Shown piece by piece: positions 57,776-64,000 of a stretch of DNA of 64,000 nt (position 1 is the stretch's first letter; every line of letters starts with the position of its first letter). The position numbers and the translations under genes are program-made. This DNA comes from Phycisphaeraceae bacterium. Lineage in GTDB: Bacteria; Planctomycetota; Phycisphaerae; Phycisphaerales; Zrk34. The stretch covers positions 18,968 to 82,967 of the forward strand of contig JBBDRF010000071.1 of the NCBI GenBank assembly GCA_040905565.1. The letters are read 5' to 3'. The notes under the pieces are model-generated. The model worked only from the letters and a program-made list of their open reading frames with translations, did not search any database and was not told where the DNA came from.

Positions 57776-60700
57776 ATGACGCTGGGGCAGCCGAAATCGA
57801 AAACGCGTGAACTGACGCCGGGGCTTTACGAGCGGTTGCTGTCGGAGGCGGAGCACGGTGCGCTGCAGGGGGGCGATCCGCGGCTGTACCAACTGGGGAA
57901 GGTGGATCCGGAAGATGCTCATGCGGCGGTCGCTCAGTACCTTGAGCACCTGCTGATCTCCTCGCTATCAGCGTTTCGCGGCAAGGATCGGGCGGATCGG
58001 CAGCGTCGCCTTGTCGATCGCATCCTCACGACGTTGCGCGATGAGTTGGGGGAGGATGGCCAGGACATTCGTCTTTCCGATCCGCTGCAGCGGGTGTTGG
58101 CGATCCATGCGAAGCCGACTGATTCCCAAGAACGACCGGACACGCCGCTGTCTCGGAGCGCCCTGCTGACGGGAACGCGCATCGATCCGGCGCTCGCAGT
58201 GCAACTCAAGAAGGAAATCGCGACGGCCGACCGTGTCGACATCCTCTGTTCGTTCATCAAATGGAGCGGACTGAGGTTGATCCTCGATGCACTGCGGGAA
58301 CTATGCGAACGGCCAGGGGAGGGCGGCCCGCGCCTTCGCGTGATCACCACCAGCTACATGGGCGCCACGGATCCGAAAGCGATCGACACGTTGCTGGAGC
58401 TGCCGAACGCCGAGGTGCGGGTTTCCTACGACACCAAGCGCACGCGGCTTCACGCCAAGGCTTACATGGTCCATCGCGAGACGGGTTTTGGCAGCGCGTA
58501 CGTCGGCTCAGCGAACTTATCGCATGCTGCTCTTTCGGAGGGGCTGGAATGGACGTCGAAGGTGAGCCAGTACGAACTGCCGCACCTTTGGCAGAAGATC
58601 ACCGCCACCTTCGAAACCTACTGGAATGACGACGAGTTTGAGCCGTTGGCGGATGCCGGCCGACCGAAGCTGCGCCAGGCGATCCAGCGCGAACGGATGA
58701 GTGGTGATCGAGAAGCCGGATCAGCCGTCCATTTCGATCTGCATCCGTATCCGTATCAAGAGGAGATTCTTGACGTCTTCGCAGCTGAGCGGGAGGTTCG
58801 CGACAAGCATCGGCATCTGCTCGTCGCAGCCACCGGCACGGGCAAGACGATGGTGGCGGCGTTCGATTACAAGCGATGGCACAACGGGCGTCATCCTCGG
58901 CCGTCGCTGTTGTTCGTCGCGCATCGCCAGGAGATTCTGAAGCAGGCGCTGGACACCTACCGCGCGGTGCTCCGGGATCAGAACTTCGGTGACCTGCTCG
59001 TGGGCGGCAATGATCCGGAGCAGCACGATCATCTGTTTTGCTCCATCCAGAGCTACAACAGCCGCGGGCTCAACAAACTCGCGGCGGATCATTTTGATTA
59101 CGTGATCGTCGACGAGTTCCATCACGCCGAGGCTGCTTCCTATCAGCATCTTTTGAACCACGTCCAGCCGAAGGTGCTACTGGGCATGACGGCCACGCCC
59201 GAACGGACCGATGGGCTGGACGTCTTCCGCTGGTTTGAGGGCGAGGCCAGTGCGGAGATTCGACTGCCCGACGCTATCAATCGAAGGCTGCTCTGCCCGT
59301 TCCAGTATTTCGGCATCAGCGATTCGGTCGACCTCAGCGGCTTGAAGTGGCAGCGTGGCGGGTACCGTGTTGATGAACTCGATAGCGTTTACACCGGCAA
59401 CGATGTGCGGGCGCAGCTTGTGCTCGACAAGGTCCACGCATTGCTGCTCGATCCGCAGCAGGCGCGCGGCCTCGGCTTCTGCGTCAGCATCGCACATGCC
59501 GAATTCATGGCCCGCTTTTTTAACGAGCGTGGCCTACCCGCCGCAGCCCTGTCGGCTGACACACCGACCGACGAACGCAGGGAGATCCAGCATCGCCTGC
59601 GCCGGCGGGAGATCAACTTCATCTTCACCGTGGATCTCTACAACGAAGGCGTCGACATCCCGGAGATCGACACAGCACTCTTCCTGCGACCGACGGAAAG
59701 CCTGACGGTTTACCTCCAACAACTCGGCCGAGGCTTGCGCCTGAACGATGGTAAAGATTGCCTGACAGTGCTCGACTTTATCGGCGAGCAGCATCGTCAG
59801 TTCCGCTATGCCTCACGCTTGCGGGCGCTGAGCACGGAGCCAACGGTTCGGCTGGAGCGCGAGGTTGAGCAGGAGTTTCCGCATCTGCCTGCCGGCTGCG
59901 CCATTCAGATGGAGCGGGTTGCGCAGCGACGCGTCCTGGAAAACATTCGGCAATCTCTCGCGTTGCGTCGGCCACAAATGGTGACGGCATTGGCGGAGTG
60001 GGGGCGACACCAGAAGCGTGCGCCGAAACTGCGAGAGGCGATCGACTATCTTCAGGTCGAACTGGATGATCTGCTCAAGCGGGGGCTGTGGTCCCGTCTG
60101 CTCGCCGACGCTGGATTGCGTGAGGAGCCGGGCGACGCTGACGAACTACTCTTGGCGAAAGGGCTCCGCCGACTCAGTCACATCGACGATCCACAGCAAA
60201 TTCGTTTTCTGCTGAGTCATCTTCAGGGGAAGCCTGTCGACGATGACCTTGCTGAACGCCGCCTCACAATGTTCATGATGTCGATCTTCGGCGCCGCTGG
60301 TGAGCAATGGAATCTTAAGGAAGCAACCCGCCGACTGCGTGAGCAGAATCCAGCAGCACTAGATGATCTCGTTGCCCTGCTACAGCATCGTCTGGAAACC
60401 GCTCGCATTCGCGTTGGGCCTATGGTGCCGCATCTCTCGGGACCGCTTGCGGTTCACGCCAGCTACACACGCGACGAGATTCTCGCCGGCCTCGGCCACT
60501 GGACGCTGACGAAGCGACAAAGAATGACTGAGGGAGTGCTTCACCTGCAGGAACAGAAGGTCGATGCCTTCTTCGTTACGCTCCAGAAGACTGAGGAAGC
60601 TTATTCACCAACCACCATGTACGAAGATTACGCCATCAGTGAACGCCTGTTTTATTGGCAATCTCAGAGCACCACCTCCGTCGATTCGCCCACCGGCCAG

Positions 60701-60916
60701 CGCTACATCCATCACCGCGAGCAAGACTACACGCCACTGCTGTTTGTCCGTGAGCACAGGCATCTGCCCGGCGGCCTCGCGGCTCCGTACCACTACCTCG
60801 GCCCAGCTGAGTACGTCCGCCACGAGGGCACCCGTCCCATTAGCATCGTCTGGAAGCTAAGACATTGCATGCCCGCCCGCCTCCTCCGCGAGACCGCACG
60901 CCAAGCGGCGGGGTGA
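57776..60916 (+). CDS. PLD nuclease + SF2 helicase + DUF3427 (SauUSI-like type IV restriction architecture)
   Basis: LHAKAY...GSANLS, ATGTGKT, DEFHH, TAT, QQLGRGLR and YEDYAISERLFYWQSQ motifs. Confidence 0.9.
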   Translation: MTLGQPKSKTRELTPGLYERLLSEAEHGALQGGDPRLYQLGKVDPEDAHAAVAQYLEHLLISSLSAFRGKDRADRQRRLVDRILTTLRDELGEDGQDIRLSDPLQRVLAIHAKPTDSQERPDTPLSRSALLTGTRIDPALAVQLKKEIATADRVDILCSFIKWSGLRLILDALRELCERPGEGGPRLRVITTSYMGATDPKAIDTLLELPNAEVRVSYDTKRTRLHAKAYMVHRETGFGSAYVGSANLSHAALSEGLEWTSKVSQYELPHLWQKITATFETYWNDDEFEPLADAGRPKLRQAIQRERMSGDREAGSAVHFDLHPYPYQEEILDVFAAEREVRDKHRHLLVAATGTGKTMVAAFDYKRWHNGRHPRPSLLFVAHRQEILKQALDTYRAVLRDQNFGDLLVGGNDPEQHDHLFCSIQSYNSRGLNKLAADHFDYVIVDEFHHAEAASYQHLLNHVQPKVLLGMTATPERTDGLDVFRWFEGEASAEIRLPDAINRRLLCPFQYFGISDSVDLSGLKWQRGGYRVDELDSVYTGNDVRAQLVLDKVHALLLDPQQARGLGFCVSIAHAEFMARFFNERGLPAAALSADTPTDERREIQHRLRRREINFIFTVDLYNEGVDIPEIDTALFLRPTESLTVYLQQLGRGLRLNDGKDCLTVLDFIGEQHRQFRYASRLRALSTEPTVRLEREVEQEFPHLPAGCAIQMERVAQRRVLENIRQSLALRRPQMVTALAEWGRHQKRAPKLREAIDYLQVELDDLLKRGLWSRLLADAGLREEPGDADELLLAKGLRRLSHIDDPQQIRFLLSHLQGKPVDDDLAERRLTMFMMSIFGAAGEQWNLKEATRRLREQNPAALDDLVALLQHRLETARIRVGPMVPHLSGPLAVHASYTRDEILAGLGHWTLTKRQRMTEGVLHLQEQKVDAFFVTLQKTEEAYSPTTMYEDYAISERLFYWQSQSTTSVDSPTGQRYIHHREQDYTPLLFVREHRHLPGGLAAPYHYLGPAEYVRHEGTRPISIVWKLRHCMPARLLRETARQAAG

Positions 60917-60964
60917 ACAGGCCGCGACGCTGCGACGAACGAAGGCATGATGTAAACTTTACGC

Positions 60965-62002
60965 ATGATTGCTATCGAGTTTGCCGGGGTCCCGCCACAA
61001 GACAGTATGGGCCGTGCGGGGTATGACGCTGAGAAACAGCTCGCGTTTTACCTCAAGCGTGCGTTCCAGGAGCCGGCGTACGACTTTCGTGTCTTCAACG
61101 GCCTCCGCGTAATTCGGCGGGGCGAGGTGGCTCAGATCGACCATCTGATTCTGCATCGATTCGGCTTCGTGCTTGTCGAATCCAAATCAATCGCGGGGTC
61201 GGTCAACATCAACAGTCACGGCGAATTCACGCGCTGGTATGGCAAGCAGCCGAAGGGTATCCCCTCGCCCATCGCCCAGGCTAAGCGGCAATCAGTGATC
61301 CTGAAAAATATGCTCAACGACGCGAAGGGGCAGCTTCGCAGGAAGGTCGGCATCGGTCCGCTCAAGCAACAGGCCGAGTTCAGTGACGGTCGTTTCAAAG
61401 TAATTGCCGCGATCTCAGACAATGGTCGCATTACCCACGAAGAAGGGGACCGGCCGCCCGAAATCATGAAGGCCGAGGCAGTCGTTGATGCTGTACAGAA
61501 GGTGTTTGATGATCAGCAGAAGCTTACGGGGGTCGGAGGTTTTGCCCGGACGTTTGTAAATCGAGAAAACAAACGCGAATGGGGCGAGAACTACTTGCCG
61601 CCCTTCACAAATGACGAGATCGAAGCAATCACCGACATGCTAGTCGCGGCACACACCCCCCTGGCACAACCCGCCGCCGTCGCACCCACACAGGTAGATG
61701 ACAAGCCGCCGTCGACGTCGCCTCCGTCGTCTGCTACAAGCCCCACCCCCACGACAAAGCGAAAGCCACCCGAGCGCAACCTGCGACGCTGGACCGAGGA
61801 GGAAGAACGCCGCCTCCGGGAAGCCTTCGCCGCCGGCCGCAGCCCCACCGACCTCGTCGAATCCTTCGGCCGCACGGCCAAGGCGCTCCGCCTCAGAGCG
61901 GTCAAGTTGGGACTATCACCGACTCTACCGACTGGGCATGAGCGCCCTCAACTCGGCGGCTTGCTTGCAGGACCATTTAAAAGGGACGATCGGAACGGCT
62001 GA
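60965..62002 (+). CDS. NERD nuclease-related domain protein with C-terminal Myb-like HTH
   Basis: GYDAE, QIDHLILH...VESK and SPIAQAKRQ motifs; C-terminal RWTEEEERRL...FGRT. Confidence 0.85.
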   Translation: MIAIEFAGVPPQDSMGRAGYDAEKQLAFYLKRAFQEPAYDFRVFNGLRVIRRGEVAQIDHLILHRFGFVLVESKSIAGSVNINSHGEFTRWYGKQPKGIPSPIAQAKRQSVILKNMLNDAKGQLRRKVGIGPLKQQAEFSDGRFKVIAAISDNGRITHEEGDRPPEIMKAEAVVDAVQKVFDDQQKLTGVGGFARTFVNRENKREWGENYLPPFTNDEIEAITDMLVAAHTPLAQPAAVAPTQVDDKPPSTSPPSSATSPTPTTKRKPPERNLRRWTEEEERRLREAFAAGRSPTDLVESFGRTAKALRLRAVKLGLSPTLPTGHERPQLGGLLAGPFKRDDRNG

Positions 62003-62344
62003 CCTGCGTCGGACGACGACGCGGCCGCCTTTTTCGTGCTCGCAGCGACGGGTGATCAGCAGGTCGATCTGACTGTCGTCGCGATAGACGCCGGCGTGTT
62101 CGAGCGCATCAAGCACGGGCTTTTGAATGTTGTCCAGGTCACGACGCCGCCGATCGGGCGGGAACGCGTCCATCGCCAGGGCAAGTCGGCCATCGCGCGG
62201 TGGCTTGCGGCCCGCACCGCCGGTCGCCAGGAGGAGCCGGACGTTCTCACGGAACGCCCGACCCTCCCGGCTGATGACCATGCGATTACGCCACTTCCTC
62301 CAGTAGCGGTTGATCGACGGCGGGTAATTCAAAGTTGTCTGCAT
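61925..62344 (-). CDS. rusA: RusA-family Holliday junction resolvase
   Basis: PPSINRYW, PDRRRRDLDN..K...DAL and DDSQI motifs; GGAGG ribosome-binding site. Confidence 0.92.
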   Translation of the reverse strand: MQTTLNYPPSINRYWRKWRNRMVISREGRAFRENVRLLLATGGAGRKPPRDGRLALAMDAFPPDRRRRDLDNIQKPVLDALEHAGVYRDDSQIDLLITRRCEHEKGGRVVVRRRSAVPIVPFKWSCKQAAELRALMPSR

Positions 62345-62663
62345 GTACAGACCTCCGGTGTCTCTCAGTGATGTCACTTGGTTGATCAAGAATGGGATAG
62401 TCAGCCTCGTCGGCTTCGATGTTGAGCTGGCGCATCGCTCGCACGTGCGCCAGCTCCGCCTCGGCTGCCCCGCGGATGGGGTACTTACACCGCCGCGTCA
62501 CATCACGCGTCCATGCGTCCCAGTCCTCGATGTCGCTGGTGCTTCGCCAGTAGTCGAGTTCGCTGTCGTACACGCAGTAAAACACGCGGTTCGTGCCGTC
62601 GACGGTTTCGGTGACCCTGACCACCTTCTCGTTGCCGGTGATGTAGTCGTCCAGTTCCTGCAT
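62286..62663 (-). CDS. Phage-like hypothetical protein
   Basis: GAGGAGG ribosome-binding site; lies between DUF669 and rusA. Confidence 0.6.
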   Translation of the reverse strand: MQELDDYITGNEKVVRVTETVDGTNRVFYCVYDSELDYWRSTSDIEDWDAWTRDVTRRCKYPIRGAAEAELAHVRAMRQLNIEADEADYPILDQPSDITERHRRSVHADNFELPAVDQPLLEEVA

Positions 62664-62672
62664 CGTGCCTCC

Positions 62673-63125
62673 TCAGCGTTTCCAGACGGGCGTGTCGTTG
62701 TGGCGCTCCGCGGGCGGCGTGGTCGCTTTAGGCTTGGCCTCGTAGCCTTTGATCTCGTTGGCCAGCTCGCCGGTGTCCTCGCGTCTTTTCAGCTTCACTG
62801 CGATCACCAGCGGCAGGTTGTGAAGCTCCACGCTGTCACGCGGCTGCATCACGCCGACCGCCCGGCAGATCGCTGAAAGTTCCGCACGCGCGATCTTCAC
62901 CGCCGCCTCGCTGGGGTTGTGAAGGTTCAGCCGTGCCCACGCCTTGCGGCCTTTGTGCTCGCCTTCGATCACGTCGAACGTCAGCTCCAGGTAGCTACCG
63001 TTGGCGTTCTTCGTCGGCTTCATCTGCGAATCGCTCACGACCGCGACGTACTTGCCCGCAGGCAACGGGTCCAGCGAAGTGGCGGGGTCAACCTGCCTGG
63101 CATCGAATCCATCCAGATGGGCCAT
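62673..63125 (-). CDS. DUF669 phage ssDNA-binding-like protein
   Basis: PLPAGKY...YLELTFDVIEGEHKGRK...NEIKGY. Confidence 0.88.
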   Translation of the reverse strand: MAHLDGFDARQVDPATSLDPLPAGKYVAVVSDSQMKPTKNANGSYLELTFDVIEGEHKGRKAWARLNLHNPSEAAVKIARAELSAICRAVGVMQPRDSVELHNLPLVIAVKLKRREDTGELANEIKGYEAKPKATTPPAERHNDTPVWKR

Positions 63126-63230
63126 GCGCAAATCCTTCCTTGCGTGAAAATGATGTAGGGATAACCACGGCGCCGAGGCGCACCGGCACCCGGCGGCGAC
63201 AAAAAACATCAATTGAGAACAGCTACTGAA

Positions 63231-63968
63231 TTAGGTGGTGGTTGCGGTGGGGGGGGCCGGGGGGGCGATGGACTGGACGAGTGTGTCCCAGTCGAACGGC
63301 AGCTCAGCGGGCATGCCGTAGCGATTCTTCGCCGTCACCACGTTGGTGTTCTCGGTGGTGAGCACGCGTTGGCCGCTGTCCATGTGGGCGTAGAGCACCG
63401 CGTCGGCCCACTCGATGAACGGCCCCGCTATCCACTGCGGCAGGTCGGGTGCCGCCATCTTCACATCGAACCCCTCCGGCGTGGTCATCTTGAGATTTGC
63501 GGCGTGGGCCAACAGAACGATCGGCACGCCGCCGTCGTTGATCGCGTTGAGCATCGGCAGCAGGTCGCGGAAGACGATGTTCTCGATGATGCCGCGGGCC
63601 TTGAAGAAGCCGCCGTGCGAGGAGCCGGTCGTGTTGGTGATGTCGTCCGGCGACTTGCCATCGAGGTCGATGTTCACGTACTGCTCGATCCGCCGAAGCA
63701 TCCAGTCCAGCGTATCGACCGCCACCGCAGCCAGGTCGGCCGGCGGCGCCGCGGCGAGTTCCGAAAGCCACGCCCGCATCTCAGGCCAGGTCGCAAGGTA
63801 CGGCGTGCGCTTGAGGCCCGGCACCACACCCGCCCCGCCCTCGCAATCGATCAAAATCGCATCCGCCGCCGCAGCGAACGTCGTCTTGCCAACGCCCGGC
63901 TGGCCGTAAACGATCATCTTCGGGGCCGCCGGCGTCGTGCTCGTGATCAGCGTCTCCATCAAACTCAT
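63231..63968 (-). CDS. Sak4-like AAA_24 phage recombination ATPase
   Basis: YGQPGVGKTT, VDTLDW, LLAH, EWADAV and AKNR motifs. Confidence 0.88.
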   Translation of the reverse strand: MSLMETLITSTTPAAPKMIVYGQPGVGKTTFAAAADAILIDCEGGAGVVPGLKRTPYLATWPEMRAWLSELAAAPPADLAAVAVDTLDWMLRRIEQYVNIDLDGKSPDDITNTTGSSHGGFFKARGIIENIVFRDLLPMLNAINDGGVPIVLLAHAANLKMTTPEGFDVKMAAPDLPQWIAGPFIEWADAVLYAHMDSGQRVLTTENTNVVTAKNRYGMPAELPFDWDTLVQSIAPPAPPTATTT

Positions 63969-64000
63969 GCATGCTCCTTTGTGCTTGAATCGCAGTGAAA

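Larger units (their letters stand above)
61925..64000 (-). mobile_element. Prophage-like recombination/replication module continuing beyond the window
   Basis: Co-oriented Sak4-like ATPase, DUF669, hypothetical gene and rusA. Confidence 0.75.

Noticed and set aside
1..64000. CRISPR array, cas genes, reverse transcriptase (retron/DGR), intact integrase or IS transposase
   Set aside because: No regularly spaced repeats and no matching protein motifs were seen by eye.

Overview
A GC-rich bacterial window whose gene content (PVC-type CxxCH heme protein, DUF6288-like protein, FlgI-like/HEAT lipoprotein, long sigma factor, sulfatase) points to a Planctomycetota genome, probably Phycisphaerae. All family calls come from motif recognition by eye, not from database searches. 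1-12.1 kb is housekeeping (RRM protein, PfkB kinase, sigma factor, mqnA, PilZ, ftsW, M20 peptidase). About 12.2-35.9 kb is a defence island abutting the 3' end of tRNA-Ser(GGA). It holds an intact, translationally coupled ubiquitin-like conjugation operon (Ubl-E2-JAB-E1, Bil-type) under a divergent CapH/CapP-like regulator pair with a visible operator and promoter. It also carries a HEPN + UDG-like pair bracketed by inverted repeats, PIN-like, TPR and DUF4365 genes, a broken mrr, a type II Wadjet with two frameshifts, and a scar of fused DUF1156 and serine-recombinase fragments. 36-44 kb has truB, a nitrilase/GNAT pair, tRNA-Ile2, a CxxCH protein and a sulfatase. A tRNA-Lys 3'-half fragment at 44.4 kb may mark the edge of a second element. 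That element would contain a WYL regulator with a palindromic box driving a candidate GGA-hairpin small RNA, GIY-YIG, a SauUSI-like PLD-helicase-DUF3427 protein, NERD, and a phage-type Sak4/DUF669/RusA module running off the window end.
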